DNA from: Acutalibacteraceae bacterium
Lineage (GTDB): Bacteria > Bacillota > Clostridia > Oscillospirales > Acutalibacteraceae
Length of the DNA stretch: 64,000 nt
Reading direction: 5' to 3'
Assembly: GCA_045578845.1 (NCBI GenBank)
Contig: JAZNLA010000061.1
Coordinates: forward strand, 12,581-76,580
In this document: in pieces, positions 54,041 through 64,000 of the stretch
Position numbering within the stretch: position 1 is the stretch's first letter
Layout: every line of letters starts with the position of its first letter
Notes under the pieces: model-generated
Told to the model about the DNA's origin: nothing
The model's database searches: none
What the model saw: the letters and a program-made list of their open reading frames with translations, nothing else
Made by a program: the position numbers and the translations under genes

Positions 54041-55258
54041 ATGAAAAAACTGCTCAAAATATCAGCCTTTTTACTTGCGGTACTTATGGTAGTGCCTATG
54101 TTTGCCGGCTGTCACGAAAAGGACGAAATTGCCTACACAATAGACGATTACACCTACACTTCGGCCATGTACAGTTGTGTGCTTTATGTTGCCGCAAGCA
54201 GTGCAAGGGGTGATATTGACACGTTTATTACCGATAGCGGTAAAGAGGCAAAAGATGTAAATTACGAAAATTACAAGTTCGACGAAAACGGCAAGGTCAG
54301 TGCAACCGGTACTGTGTCTTATGCAACATTTGTTAAAAATGAAGCGATAAGAATTTTGCGTCAGTATTCTGTACTTCAAAGCAAAATGAAAGCAGAAAAC
54401 TTAAAACTTGACGAGGATACTGAATATACCGCAAAAGTTAACGCAGAATATTATTGGTACGCAGGTTGTGACTACAGCACATATCAGTATTATTCGGCTT
54501 ACGGTGCCGATGTTTCGCAGTATTTCACACCATATGCAAACCGTTTTGAGCCTAACGGCGTTTCGCTTTCAACCTATACAGATTATCTTATCTTAGAGTA
54601 TACCTATGACTTCTACTTTAAACACCTTTACGGCGAAGGCGGTGCCAAAGAGGTCGGCAAGGATGCTTTGACTGAGTATATGAACGCACATTATGCTTTG
54701 GGCGATGTTATTTCGCTATCCACCACAGATGACAAGGGCACAGACCTTTCAGCCGAAAAAAAGGCAGAGGTTAAGGCTAAAGCCGATGCCTATGCGGAAC
54801 GTCTTAACAAGGGTGAGGATTTCGAAACGGTTTATAACGAGTATCAAGAGTCTTTAGAGGCAGAAGATGAAGAAACCTCGAGCGAGGAAGAAACTTCAAG
54901 CGAGGAAGATACTTCAAGTGAGGAAGATACCGAGGAAGAATACACCCCTGAAGAGTACAAAACTGTTTTCGGCGACAGCGAAACATCTTATGACGATACA
55001 CTTTATAAAGATGTCAGTGCTTTAAAGGTGGGTGAGGCAAAGGTTTTGGAAGATACCGACCAAAAGTGCTATATTGTAGTGGCAAAACGCGATATGACTG
55101 AGCAGGAATATTGGTTAGACAGTTTAACCGACAGTATTCTCTATAAACTTAAACAGGAAGAGTACAACAAGGACCTCGATGAGGCAGGAAAACTGCTCAC
55201 CGCTACCGAGGATAAACATGCAACAAAACCTTTCAAGGTTAAGGATATCAAATTCTGA
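54041..55258 (+). CDS. Putative lipoprotein with acidic Ser/Glu tandem repeat
   Basis: 405 aa. Signal peptide with lipobox MFAGC. (E/D)TSSEE repeats. No catalytic domain recognised, though it loosely resembles the SurA/PrsA N-terminal chaperone region. Confidence 0.7.
   Translation: MKKLLKISAFLLAVLMVVPMFAGCHEKDEIAYTIDDYTYTSAMYSCVLYVAASSARGDIDTFITDSGKEAKDVNYENYKFDENGKVSATGTVSYATFVKNEAIRILRQYSVLQSKMKAENLKLDEDTEYTAKVNAEYYWYAGCDYSTYQYYSAYGADVSQYFTPYANRFEPNGVSLSTYTDYLILEYTYDFYFKHLYGEGGAKEVGKDALTEYMNAHYALGDVISLSTTDDKGTDLSAEKKAEVKAKADAYAERLNKGEDFETVYNEYQESLEAEDEETSSEEETSSEEDTSSEEDTEEEYTPEEYKTVFGDSETSYDDTLYKDVSALKVGEAKVLEDTDQKCYIVVAKRDMTEQEYWLDSLTDSILYKLKQEEYNKDLDEAGKLLTATEDKHATKPFKVKDIKF
54872..54940 (+). 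repeat. In-frame 18-nt tandem repeat, about 3.8 copies
   Basis: gaaacctcgagcgaggaa / gaaacttcaagcgaggaa / gatacttcaagtgaggaa / gataccgaggaagaa, encoding ETSSEE-ETSSEE-DTSSEE-DTEEE. Confidence 0.9.
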
Positions 55259-55275
55259 TAGTCCGATATATAAAA

Positions 55276-55306
55276 AATCTTCGGGCAATTTGCCCGAAGA
55301 TTTTTG
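55276..55306 (+). terminator. Intrinsic terminator after the lipoprotein gene
   Basis: aatcttcgggca, aat, tgcccgaagatt, TTTT. Confidence 0.85.
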
Positions 55307-55335
55307 CTTTATTATAAATAAAAGGTGGAAAACAT

Positions 55336-56604
55336 ATGGAAACAACCATTTTAAAAGACGGGGTAAACTACTCGTTTTATAAAACTTCCCGCTTTAAAAC
55401 TACCGTTTTGTCAATAGGTTTTTATCTACCGTTGGGCAGTCTTAATGCCGCGACATCTCTTGCGTTGGGACTTATGAAAAGCGGAACTGCAAATTTGCCC
55501 GATTTATATTCATTTAACCGCCGTTTGGCTACACTTTACGGTGCAACCGTTTCGTCGTGGACCTCTAAGGTCGGCGACCAAAAAGAATTAAGGCTTAATT
55601 TGACCGTTAATTCCGACCGTTTTTCGCTTGACGGTGAAAGTACCGTAAACGGGGCTGCAGAACTTTTTCTTGACATGGTTTTCAGCCGTGAAAAGAGCGG
55701 ATTTTCATACCCTAAGGATGTTTTCGACCGCGAAAAACGTCTGCTTATCGAAAAAATCGAAGGCACTTTAAATGATAAGCGGGTTTATTCAAAATTAAAA
55801 TTGGAAGCGGCAATGTGCGAGGGCGAGCCGTACGGCACATGTGTAAACGGCACCAAGGAAGAGGTAAGCGAATTAACCCCTGCTATAGTTGCTGACTCTT
55901 TTAAAACCTTGCTTGAATCCGCCTTTATTTCGGTGACAGTAATAGGCGATAAAGAACCCGATAATTTTAAGGACATTTTAAAATCAAAATTCAATGCTTT
56001 AGGCAGAAAATTTTTGGGTGTTACTTCTAACACTTTAAAACCTGCACGCCAAAATGCTTTGGAAGTAACCGAAGAAATGAACGTCACCCAAGGTAAACTT
56101 GTTTTGGGGTTTAGGTCGGCAGTCGGCGGAAACAGCCGCGATACCGTAGCCGTAAGGGTTATGACTGCGGTGTTCGGCGGCGGTCCGTTCTCGAAACTCT
56201 TTTTAAATGTCCGCGAAAAACAAAGCCTTTGCTACTACTGTGCGGCAAGGGGTATCCGCCAAAAGGGGCTAATATTGGTTGACAGCGGTGTTGAAACCGA
56301 AAACATTGAAAAGGCTAAAACGGCAATACTAAAGCAGTTTAAAGATATGCAAGACGGCAATTTTACTGAAGACGATTTGAACTTTGCGAAACTTGCCATA
56401 TGCGATGCATTGCGTTCGGCTGAGTCCGACCAGTATGCGTTGCTTACATGGATTTCGGGAAATGCTTTGGAAAATGACCCGCCCACAATAGAAGAAACCT
56501 GCAGGCTTATAGAAAATGTAATCTCTGATGATGTTAAAAAATCGGCAAAGTTGTTTTCGCTTGATACGGTTTTCACACTAAACCCTAAAAAGGAGGAAAA
56601 GTAA
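55336..56604 (+). CDS. M16-family peptidase, non-catalytic subunit type (no HxxEH)
   Basis: 422 aa. M16 fold length and pattern, but the N-terminal zinc motif is absent. Its stop shares 1 nt (56604) with the start of the next M16 gene. Confidence 0.8.
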   Translation: METTILKDGVNYSFYKTSRFKTTVLSIGFYLPLGSLNAATSLALGLMKSGTANLPDLYSFNRRLATLYGATVSSWTSKVGDQKELRLNLTVNSDRFSLDGESTVNGAAELFLDMVFSREKSGFSYPKDVFDREKRLLIEKIEGTLNDKRVYSKLKLEAAMCEGEPYGTCVNGTKEEVSELTPAIVADSFKTLLESAFISVTVIGDKEPDNFKDILKSKFNALGRKFLGVTSNTLKPARQNALEVTEEMNVTQGKLVLGFRSAVGGNSRDTVAVRVMTAVFGGGPFSKLFLNVREKQSLCYYCAARGIRQKGLILVDSGVETENIEKAKTAILKQFKDMQDGNFTEDDLNFAKLAICDALRSAESDQYALLTWISGNALENDPPTIEETCRLIENVISDDVKKSAKLFSLDTVFTLNPKKEEK

Positions 56605-57878
56605 TGAGTTTCAAAAAACACACCGAAAACTGTGCTTTGGCAGGGGAGCAGTGTTTGGTAGCCATTCATTCCTCAGGGTTAAAGGTTATACTTTGTGAAA
56701 GAAAAGATATGTCGTCGAATTATGCTGTTTTCGGCACAAAGTACGGCTCGGTCGATACCGATTTTGCCGTTGACGGCGGCAAAATGCAACATGTTCCCGA
56801 CGGAATTGCCCATTTTTTAGAGCATAAACTTTTTGAAGGCGAAGACGGTGATGCTTTTACAAAATATTCCGTAACGGGTGCTTCGGCTAATGCTTATACC
56901 TCGTTTGACCGCACCTGCTATCTTTTCAGTTGCAGTGATAAATTTTACGAAAATTTGGATATTTTACTGTCCTTTGTTTCGTCACCCTACTTTACGCCCG
57001 AAACGGTGGCTAAAGAGCAGGGCATTATCGGTCAGGAAATTAAAATGTACGAAGATGTTGCGGGTTGGCGTGTACTTTTTAATCTTTTGAGATGTATGTA
57101 CAGCAACCACCCCGTAAAAATTGAAATTGCGGGCACAGTTGAGTCAATCGCCGAAATCACCGACCAAACCCTTTACGACTGTTATAATACCTTTTATTCG
57201 CCGTCAAATATGTTTGTTGCAATCTGCGGTAATTTTGATTCGGAAAAAGTATTAAGTATGATTGACGAAAAAATAGAGGAAAAACCGCAAAAAACTATTG
57301 TCCGTTCAGACTTTAATGAGCCAAATACTGTGACAATGCACGAAATTTCCGAAACCATGGCGGTGGCAAAACCGATTTTTGTCGCAGGCATTAAGGATAA
57401 AGTAAAGGAAAGCGTTTCGCCCGAAACGGCAGTTGCAACCGAACTGTTACTCGAAATTGCCGCAGGCAAAATTTCACCGCTTTATGACCGTTTGCAGAAA
57501 AAAGGACTCATAAATAACGGTTTTAGCACAGAATATTTGCACGGTTTCGGCTACGGTGCACTGCTTTTTGAAGGTGAGTCGTCTAATCCTTATGAGGTTG
57601 CCGACCAAATCAAAGCCGAAATATTAAAAATTCAAGACGAGGGCGTTGACGGGGAACTTTTTATCTCAGCCAAGAAAAAACTTTTTGGCCGAGAAATCCG
57701 TCGTTTTAATGATACCGAGGAAACGGTCGGCGTGTTTATCGACAGTATAATTGAGGGAACAAAACCGTATGCAAGGGTCGAACTTTTAAGTTCTGCCGCC
57801 GTAACCTCAGTAAATAAAAGGGCAAAGGAATTAGACCTTAATAACTTTGCTATTTCGGTTATAAATCCTAAAAAATAA
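56604..57878 (+). CDS. M16-family zinc peptidase, catalytic subunit type
   Basis: 424 aa. Inverted zinc motif HFLEH (GIAHFLEHKLFEG). Confidence 0.85.
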   Translation: MSFKKHTENCALAGEQCLVAIHSSGLKVILCERKDMSSNYAVFGTKYGSVDTDFAVDGGKMQHVPDGIAHFLEHKLFEGEDGDAFTKYSVTGASANAYTSFDRTCYLFSCSDKFYENLDILLSFVSSPYFTPETVAKEQGIIGQEIKMYEDVAGWRVLFNLLRCMYSNHPVKIEIAGTVESIAEITDQTLYDCYNTFYSPSNMFVAICGNFDSEKVLSMIDEKIEEKPQKTIVRSDFNEPNTVTMHEISETMAVAKPIFVAGIKDKVKESVSPETAVATELLLEIAAGKISPLYDRLQKKGLINNGFSTEYLHGFGYGALLFEGESSNPYEVADQIKAEILKIQDEGVDGELFISAKKKLFGREIRRFNDTEETVGVFIDSIIEGTKPYARVELLSSAAVTSVNKRAKELDLNNFAISVINPKK

Positions 57879-57978
57879 TAAGTTTTCAAAAAGTTTTAAA
57901 AAAACTCTTTCCATAGGCAGTATGTTTAGTATATAATAAGTATAAATATACTGCTAGAGTTTTGAAAGGAATCTTAAA

Positions 57979-58959
57979 ATGCAAGCACTTACAGCATATT
58001 CGGTAAATCTATTTGGCTTAAAACTTAAATTCGACCCCGTAGCCTTTACCCTGCCCATAGGTGACGGGTGGAGTGTATATTGGTACGGCATTTGTATTGC
58101 GTTGGGCTTTTTGCTTGCGGTCATTTATTGTTTCCGGCGTGCCAAAAAATTCGGTGTTGATTTAGACCGTTTGACCGACGTTGTACTTATCACAACACCT
58201 CTTGCCATACTTTGTGCAAGACTGTACTACATAATTTTCGATAACGAAACAAAAATTGACTCAATTGCCGACTTTTTCGGCATAAGCGGGACTTCCGGTG
58301 TTTCGGGACTTGCCATTTACGGCGGTGTCATCGGTGCCGTTTTATTTGGCTTTATTACCTGTAAAATTCGTAAGGTAAAGGTGTTAGATGCTTTTGACCT
58401 CGCCGCAAGCGGCTTTTTAATCGGTCAGGCAATCGGCAGATGGGGTAACTTCTTTAACCAAGAGGCGTTCGGCTCGCTTACCGGAAGTACTTTTTGGGGA
58501 ATGAGCAGTGAAAACACCGTTCGTGAACTGGGTGAAGGTTTAGTTCACCCTTGTTTCCTTTATGAGTCTGTGTGGTGTATTTTGGGTGCAGTTTTACTGC
58601 ATTTTGTCGGCAATCGCCGAAAGTTTGGCGGTCAAATTGCCCTTTGCTACGGCGTTTGGTACGGATTTGGCAGAATGATTATCGAAGGGTTCAGAACCGA
58701 CAGTCTTTATATAGGACCGCTTCGTGTTTCGCAGTGGCTGTCGGCACTTTTAATGGTAGCGTGTGCTATTGTTCTTGCGATTGTTTTCAATAAACTTCGC
58801 ACCGCTAAAACCGACCTCACCTATGAATCGGTGTTTGATGACATTGACCCCGATTCTCGACGCGGTGTGGAATACTACGAAGGCGAAGAAAACTCGGAAG
58901 AAGACCAAGAAACAGAGATTGAAAACGAACAAGAAAACGAGGAAGAAAACGATGGCTAA
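57979..58959 (+). CDS. lgt: Prolipoprotein diacylglyceryl transferase with acidic C-terminal tail
   Basis: 326 aa. [13 protein letters not shown] signature. The last ~45 aa are Glu/Asp/Asn-rich. Confidence 0.93.
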   Translation: MQALTAYSVNLFGLKLKFDPVAFTLPIGDGWSVYWYGICIALGFLLAVIYCFRRAKKFGVDLDRLTDVVLITTPLAILCARLYYIIFDNETKIDSIADFFGISGTSGVSGLAIYGGVIGAVLFGFITCKIRKVKVLDAFDLAASGFLIGQAIGRWGNFFNQEAFGSLTGSTFWGMSSENTVRELGEGLVHPCFLYESVWCILGAVLLHFVGNRRKFGGQIALCYGVWYGFGRMIIEGFRTDSLYIGPLRVSQWLSALLMVACAIVLAIVFNKLRTAKTDLTYESVFDDIDPDSRRGVEYYEGEENSEEDQETEIENEQENEEENDG

Positions 58960-59800
58960 ACTTATTAACGGCAAAGAAATTTCCGCTTTTGTAAAATCAA
59001 GAATTGCCGGCGAAGTGGCAGAACTTAAAATTCAAGGCACAACCCCCGGTCTTGCCGTTATAATTGTAGGCGAGGACCCCGCGTCAAAGGTTTATGTAGG
59101 CTCTAAAGAAAGGGCATGTATTGAACTCGGTATGTATTCTGAAAAGTATGAACTGCCCGAAACTACCACCGAAAACGAACTTTTAGATCTTATAAACAAA
59201 TTAAATAAAGACGATAAAATACACGGCATTTTGTGTCAGTTGCCGTTGCCGAAAGGTCTTGACGAAAAGGCGGTAATAAACGCGATTGACCCTAAAAAAG
59301 ATGTCGATGCCTTTCACCCCGTAAACGTCGGAAAAATTATGATTGGCGACTATGACTTTTTACCATGCACCCCTGCGGGCGTAATGGAAATGCTTAAATA
59401 TGAAGGCATAGAGATAGAGGGTAAACACTGTGTTGTGATAGGCAGAAGCAACATAGTCGGCAAACCTATGGCAATGCTGACCCTACATGCCAATGCAACC
59501 GTAACCATATGCCATTCGAGAACGAAAAATTTAAAAGAACTCTGCAAGCAGGCAGATATTTTGATAGCCGCAGTCGGCAGAGCGAAGTTTGTAACACCCG
59601 ATATGGTTAAAGAAGGTGCCGTTGTGATTGACGTCGGTATGAACAGACCTTCCTGCGGTAAACTTTGCGGAGATGTCGATTTTGAAAAGGTCGAACCTAT
59701 TTGCTCGGCGATAACCCCCGTACCCGGCGGTGTAGGACCTATGACTATAGCAATGCTCATGCAAAACACGTTGACCGCCGCAAAGCGTTTTGCAAAATAA
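58952..59800 (+). CDS. folD: Bifunctional methylenetetrahydrofolate dehydrogenase/cyclohydrolase
   Basis: Start is at ATG 58952 ([11 protein letters not shown]), in frame within track ORF 58763-59800 and overlapping the lgt stop by 8 nt. GRSNIVGKP and [10 protein letters not shown] motifs. Confidence 0.94.
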   Translation: MAKLINGKEISAFVKSRIAGEVAELKIQGTTPGLAVIIVGEDPASKVYVGSKERACIELGMYSEKYELPETTTENELLDLINKLNKDDKIHGILCQLPLPKGLDEKAVINAIDPKKDVDAFHPVNVGKIMIGDYDFLPCTPAGVMEMLKYEGIEIEGKHCVVIGRSNIVGKPMAMLTLHANATVTICHSRTKNLKELCKQADILIAAVGRAKFVTPDMVKEGAVVIDVGMNRPSCGKLCGDVDFEKVEPICSAITPVPGGVGPMTIAMLMQNTLTAAKRFAK

Positions 59801-59830
59801 TAAAAAGAAAAACTAAAAGGAGGTAAAACG

Positions 59831-60505
59831 GTGAAAAAAATATTTGTTGTTTTATTGTCTTTGCTTATCGTTATATTTGCCGTTTTACCTGCAGGTGCAG
59901 TCACAACAAGTTATACCGCAGAGGATATAACCTTTTCGCTTTCCGACGGTTATACTGTTTATACCAAAGAAGATTTGGCACCCGGCTCAGAAGTAGAGGG
60001 ACTTTTGTTTTTTGCAGTGTCGGGTGACGGCAAACACAGTATACAGGCAAGACGTACCCAAACCGAATTTTCAAAGCAAATTGGCACATTTTCGGGACTC
60101 GATAGTGAAATGATAAAACCTATAGGCGAAAAAATCTTCGCCGAAGGTTTTGAAACGGTGCAGATTTCCTCAGGTGTATATTTAAAATCCATAACTGCCG
60201 AGGGAAACGGTTATACTGCCGTTTATGTTACCGCAAGAAAAGGCAAACTCTACACCTTTACCTATTTCGGCTCGGACCCCACCAAAGCAGGTGAATTTTT
60301 GTCAACTGTAACACTGCCTAAAGATAAAGAACGGTCCGGCATGTGGGTTTATACCGTAATAATAATTTCGGTCTTTATCCTTTTTGATGTAGCATTTATT
60401 GTGGTGCTTGTGTTATCTTTCATAAGGGATTACCGCCGCCGCAAAATGGAACGTGACCGCAATATTGTAAGTCAGTACATTAAAATCAAAAGAAGAAAAT
60501 ATTAA
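59831..60505 (+). CDS. Hypothetical secreted/membrane-anchored protein
   Basis: 224 aa. GTG start with AGGAGG RBS, N-terminal signal-like segment, C-terminal TM followed by a basic tail RDYRRRKMERDR. No family recognised. Confidence 0.6.
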   Translation: MKKIFVVLLSLLIVIFAVLPAGAVTTSYTAEDITFSLSDGYTVYTKEDLAPGSEVEGLLFFAVSGDGKHSIQARRTQTEFSKQIGTFSGLDSEMIKPIGEKIFAEGFETVQISSGVYLKSITAEGNGYTAVYVTARKGKLYTFTYFGSDPTKAGEFLSTVTLPKDKERSGMWVYTVIIISVFILFDVAFIVVLVLSFIRDYRRRKMERDRNIVSQYIKIKRRKY

Positions 60506-60540
60506 AAAACGCCGAAGTTTTAAAACTTCGGCGTTTTTGA
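60504..60540. terminator. Bidirectional intrinsic terminator
   Basis: AAAAA, acgccgaagtt, ttaa, aacttcggcgt, TTTT, between convergent genes. Confidence 0.85.
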
Positions 60541-60543
60541 AAT

Positions 60544-61935
60544 TTAAAACAGTTTATCGGGATTGAGAATGTTTTTGGGGTCGAAAGCCTGTTTGATTTT
60601 TTTCATAAGTTCAATCTGTGTATCGCCCAAACTTTCCTTAAGATAGGATTTTTTTGCAAAACCTATACCGTGCTCGCCTGAAACTTGACCGCCCATTTCG
60701 ATGGCTTTTTTATACATTTTATCAAAACATAAAAGCAGTTTTTCATGCCACTTGTGGTCGCTCAGCCCGTCGCGGCAGATGTAAATGTGCAGGTTTCCGT
60801 CACCCGCGTGGCCGAAACTTGGTATTCTTACACCGATTTCATCCGACAGCAAATGGGTGTATTTTATAAAATCGGCAATTCGGTTACGGGGTACTACAAC
60901 GTCGCACTCGTCCATTTCGTCGGTCGAAGCCTTTATTGCCTCTAAAAAAGCACCTCTTGCGGTCCACACCGATTTTTTGCGTTCGTCGGTATCTATAAAA
61001 TAGGCATCAAACGCACCGTTTTCTATACAAATATCGGCGGCAACGGGGTAGTTGCGTTTAATTTCATCGTCGTTACAGCCGTCGAAGGTTAAAAGCAGGT
61101 ATGCTTCGTGGTTTGTGTCGGGGAATTTTTTAGAAAGATAATTTTCGGCAAAAAGAATGGTGTCACGCGACATATATTCGATAGCCGTCGGGTTGGTGTT
61201 GGATTTTACAATAAGCGGAACGGTGTCCAAAGCCTGCTCCATAGTATCAAACGGAACTAATAAACTTACCGATTTAATGGGTTTCGGGATAAGTTTCAAA
61301 ACCGCTTGGGTGATAATACCGAGCGTACCTTCCGAGCCTACAAAAAGGTTTAAAAGGCTGTATCCCGAACTGTTTTTAACAACTTTGCCGCCTAATGTTA
61401 ACACTTCGCCGTCGGCTAAAACAACGGTCAGTTCGCGGACATAGTCCCTCGTTACGCCGTAGCGTACCGCACGCATACCGCCTGCGTTGGTCGAAATATT
61501 ACCGCCTATTGTGGCGGATTTTTCACCGGGGTCGGGCGGATAAAAAAGGTCCATCTCTTCGACATAAGACGACAGTTCCATAAGCAAAACACCCGGCTCT
61601 ACCGTTACGGTTAAATTTTCGGTGTCAACCTCTAAAATACTGTTCATACGTGAGGTGCACAGCATAATACCGCCCTTTACCGCAACCGCCGCACCGACAA
61701 GACCTGTGCCGCTGCCTCTCGCTGTAACGGGAATGTTTTGTTCGTAGGCGTACTTCATAATGCTTGCGGTTTCTTTGGTCGATTTAACAAAAATCAATAC
61801 TTCGGGAGGGTTTTCGGTGCCGCTCAGTTCGTCGTGCGAATAGTCGGCGTTTATATCGTCGCCTATAAAAATTCGGTCGGCAGGGACAATGCTTTTTAAA
61901 ACCTCTATATCTTGGACGGTTATTTTTTTATACAT
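60544..61935 (-). CDS. FAD-binding oxidoreductase, GlcD / D-lactate dehydrogenase family (LctD-like)
   Basis: 463 aa. FAD PCMH domain ([10 protein letters not shown]), C-terminal GEHGIG. Immediately downstream of etfBA. Confidence 0.88.
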   Translation of the reverse strand: MYKKITVQDIEVLKSIVPADRIFIGDDINADYSHDELSGTENPPEVLIFVKSTKETASIMKYAYEQNIPVTARGSGTGLVGAAVAVKGGIMLCTSRMNSILEVDTENLTVTVEPGVLLMELSSYVEEMDLFYPPDPGEKSATIGGNISTNAGGMRAVRYGVTRDYVRELTVVLADGEVLTLGGKVVKNSSGYSLLNLFVGSEGTLGIITQAVLKLIPKPIKSVSLLVPFDTMEQALDTVPLIVKSNTNPTAIEYMSRDTILFAENYLSKKFPDTNHEAYLLLTFDGCNDDEIKRNYPVAADICIENGAFDAYFIDTDERKKSVWTARGAFLEAIKASTDEMDECDVVVPRNRIADFIKYTHLLSDEIGVRIPSFGHAGDGNLHIYICRDGLSDHKWHEKLLLCFDKMYKKAIEMGGQVSGEHGIGFAKKSYLKESLGDTQIELMKKIKQAFDPKNILNPDKLF

Positions 61936-63136
61936 TTTTGCCTGCCTCCTTTATCATTACACTTAGTTCATCTAAAACTTCGTACATATCGCCGACAACA
62001 CAGTAGTGTGCAACGTCAAAAACCGGTACATTTGGGTCAGAGTTTACAGCAATTATGCACTCGGCACCCTTCATGCCTGCGGCAAACTGTACCGCACCCG
62101 ATATACCTAAGGTTATTATAAGTTTCGGTGCAACCGTTTTACCGCTGAGGCCTATTTGCCTTGTGGACTCTAAAGTGCCGTTTTCGGCAAGCGGCCGTGA
62201 ACAGGCAAGTTCGGCACCGATGCTGTCGGCAAAGGCTTTGATTTTCATAAGGTCGTCTTTGTTTTTAAGTCCTCTGCCTACCGCAACCAAAATTTCCGCT
62301 TCCGAAATGTCGGTTGCTTTTGGGGCACGTATAGAAGATTTAACGGTTATGCGGTTGTCAAGCCATTGCTCGCTAACGTCCATATATTCGACTGTGCCCA
62401 AAGGATTTTGAATTTCCTTAGGTGCGGTGAATACCTTGTACCGCACAGTGCAAAACTGAGGTCTTGTGTTCGGGCAAAGAATTCTCGCCATAATATTTCC
62501 GCCGAAAGCAGGGCGGATTTGTACTAAATCGGTGTTGTCTTTAATTTCAAGAGCCGTACAGTCGGCAGTAAGTCCCGTCTTAAAACGGCAGGCAATACGG
62601 GGTGCCAAACTTCTGCCTATGTTGGTAGCACCGACCAATACCGCTGACGGTTTTATTCGGTTTATAAAATCTTCAAAAGCGTTGGCGTATGTAGTGGCGG
62701 AAAAGTGTTTGAAAATGGGTGATGAATATACGAACACCTTGTCGGCACCGCTTTTTATAAGGCTTTCGGAATATCCGTTGTCGCCGTCGCATAAAACAAC
62801 GGCGTAAACGGGCTGGTTGGTTTTTTTTGCCAATTCTTTCGCCTTGCCCAAAAGTTCAAACCCAACGGGGTGTACCTTGCCGTTGCTAATACCGGCAAAA
62901 ACGGTGATACCCTGCCAAGCCGATTTGTCTATAGCGGGCTTTTCTTCGTTTTCAATATATTCAACTGCACCTATAGGGCCTTTTTTAACGCACAGTTTAC
63001 ACATTTTGCAGGCAGAATTTATATTAAGTTTTCCGTCATAGGAAATAGCCGAAAACGGACACAAATTTATAAGTTTATCTGCGATTTCTTTGGTTATCTT
63101 TTCTTGGTTTATTTTGAGTTCGGGCATATTTACCAC
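61928..63136 (-). CDS. etfA: Electron transfer flavoprotein alpha subunit with N-terminal ferredoxin-like domain
   Basis: 402 aa. N-terminal Cys clusters ([18 protein letters not shown]), then an ETF-alpha FAD domain ([12 protein letters not shown]). Confidence 0.9.
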   Translation of the reverse strand: MVNMPELKINQEKITKEIADKLINLCPFSAISYDGKLNINSACKMCKLCVKKGPIGAVEYIENEEKPAIDKSAWQGITVFAGISNGKVHPVGFELLGKAKELAKKTNQPVYAVVLCDGDNGYSESLIKSGADKVFVYSSPIFKHFSATTYANAFEDFINRIKPSAVLVGATNIGRSLAPRIACRFKTGLTADCTALEIKDNTDLVQIRPAFGGNIMARILCPNTRPQFCTVRYKVFTAPKEIQNPLGTVEYMDVSEQWLDNRITVKSSIRAPKATDISEAEILVAVGRGLKNKDDLMKIKAFADSIGAELACSRPLAENGTLESTRQIGLSGKTVAPKLIITLGISGAVQFAAGMKGAECIIAVNSDPNVPVFDVAHYCVVGDMYEVLDELSVMIKEAGKNV

Positions 63137-63140
63137 CCCT

Positions 63141-63932
63141 TTATATAAATTTTTTGTCTTTTAGTACGCTGAAAATCCCTTCGGCCAAGGTTTTGCTGTC
63201 ACCGGTGAGCGTTATGTGGGAAACATTTTTTTCAGGCGGGAAAATCTTTTCAACCTGTGTCGGCGAGCCCGAAAGACCGTAATTTTTTTCGTCTTGGTCC
63301 GCAAAATCGGAAAGGGATAAAACGGTTATGCCGTCTTCACGTTTGTCGGCGGTGAGTTTGCGTTTATACGACGGTAAGCGGGGTGTATTGATATCACTGT
63401 CGGTACAAATAAGGCACGGGAAGGTCATGTTAGCATCCATAACCGTACTGCCTAAAGCACAGGTGAACTCTATGCTGTCACCCTTCTTTTCACAGTTTGT
63501 AACATTGGAATAATGAGGAATACCCAAAAATTCCGCCATTTCCGCTCCTACTTGGGCGGTGTCGCCGTCGGTGGTCTGTTTTCCGCAGATTATAAGGTCG
63601 TATTCGCCAAGTGATTTTATTGCCGAAGACAAAGTATATGATGTTGCCAAAACATCGGCACCTGCAAACTTGCGGTCGCTTATAAGTACGCCTCTGTCGG
63701 CACCCATGTAAAGTGCTTCTCGAAGTATTGTCGTTGCGGCGTTAGGTCCCATGGAAACCGCGGTTACGGTGCCTCCGTATTTATCCTTTAAATAAAGGGC
63801 GGTTTCGACCGCAAAAAGGTCATAAGGATTCATTTTACTGTCAACACCGTTTCTTATCAGTACACCTGTTATGGGGTCGACCTTGACCTTGGAACTTGCG
63901 GGCACTTGTTTTATACATACAATAATATTCAT
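63141..63932 (-). CDS. etfB: Electron transfer flavoprotein beta subunit
   Basis: 263 aa. MNIIVCIKQVP N-terminus and LIICGKQTTDGDTAQVG. Confidence 0.92.
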   Translation of the reverse strand: MNIIVCIKQVPASSKVKVDPITGVLIRNGVDSKMNPYDLFAVETALYLKDKYGGTVTAVSMGPNAATTILREALYMGADRGVLISDRKFAGADVLATSYTLSSAIKSLGEYDLIICGKQTTDGDTAQVGAEMAEFLGIPHYSNVTNCEKKGDSIEFTCALGSTVMDANMTFPCLICTDSDINTPRLPSYKRKLTADKREDGITVLSLSDFADQDEKNYGLSGSPTQVEKIFPPEKNVSHITLTGDSKTLAEGIFSVLKDKKFI

Positions 63933-64000
63933 ACAGCACCTCTTGAATTTGTATTTTATCTATAAAATAAATTTAACACATTAAAGCGAGGATTACAACA

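Noticed and set aside
58763-58951. 5' extension of the folD ORF (track start 58763)
   Set aside because: The extension overlaps the lgt 3' end in another frame and encodes low-complexity sequence. The canonical FolD N-terminus [11 protein letters not shown] begins at 58952.
1-64000. Scan for CRISPR arrays, tRNA or rRNA genes, and large direct or inverted repeats
   Set aside because: I saw no spaced short-repeat arrays, no cloverleaf-like or rRNA-like non-coding stretches (the largest intergenic gaps are 250-500 bp and are accounted for), and no long repeats other than those reported.

Overview
This window is the replication-origin neighbourhood of a spore-forming Firmicute. The gene content looks Clostridia-like (spoVAE/spoVAF, spoVB, a SpoVD-type PBP, PolC, LuxS, Etf-linked lactate dehydrogenase), but the taxon is inference only. 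I call about 65 protein genes, nearly all housekeeping. I saw no rRNA, tRNA, CRISPR array, transposase or integrase.

Layout:
- 1-5.2 kb, minus strand: gyrB (partial), remB, recF, yaaA, dnaN, dnaA, with DnaA boxes on both sides of dnaA (bipartite oriC).
- 5.7-38.2 kb, mostly minus strand: MBL/beta-CASP nuclease, acyl-ACP thioesterase, serS, parB, parA (with two parS sites), spoVAE, spoVAF, a PBP, prs, a PASTA pseudokinase, prfA, tsaC, coaE, jag, yidC, yidD, rnpA and rpmH. Two plus-strand blocks interrupt it: spoVB-holB-ricT and thyX-tmk-mltG-U32.
- 38.6-60.5 kb, plus strand: pyrH, frr, uppS, cdsA, dxr, rseP, ispG, polC, GNAT, luxS, pth, mfd, a lipoprotein, an M16 peptidase pair, lgt and folD.
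- 60.5-64 kb, minus strand: a lactate-dehydrogenase/EtfAB cluster.

Main observations:
1. PolC appears to lack its entire internal 3'-5' proofreading exonuclease domain. A 19-aa Gly/Asp linker sits where about 180 aa are expected.
2. A 33-kb block immediately right of oriC is about 70% head-on to replication. It separates dnaA from rpmH-rnpA-yidC-jag. This is consistent with a one-sided inversion whose two breakpoints each carry a copy of a palindromic repeat family.
3. A small AT-rich island after ricT is built from two tandem HTH/SLOG(DUF1273) modules with reciprocal decay. The modules are bounded by duplicated terminators and 117-nt repeat elements.
4. A membrane protein combines a zinc ribbon, a kinase fold and PASTA domains, and all its catalytic kinase motifs are substituted (pseudokinase).

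I found no clear multi-gene defence or mobile system. All identities and motif matches were read by eye and need computational confirmation.
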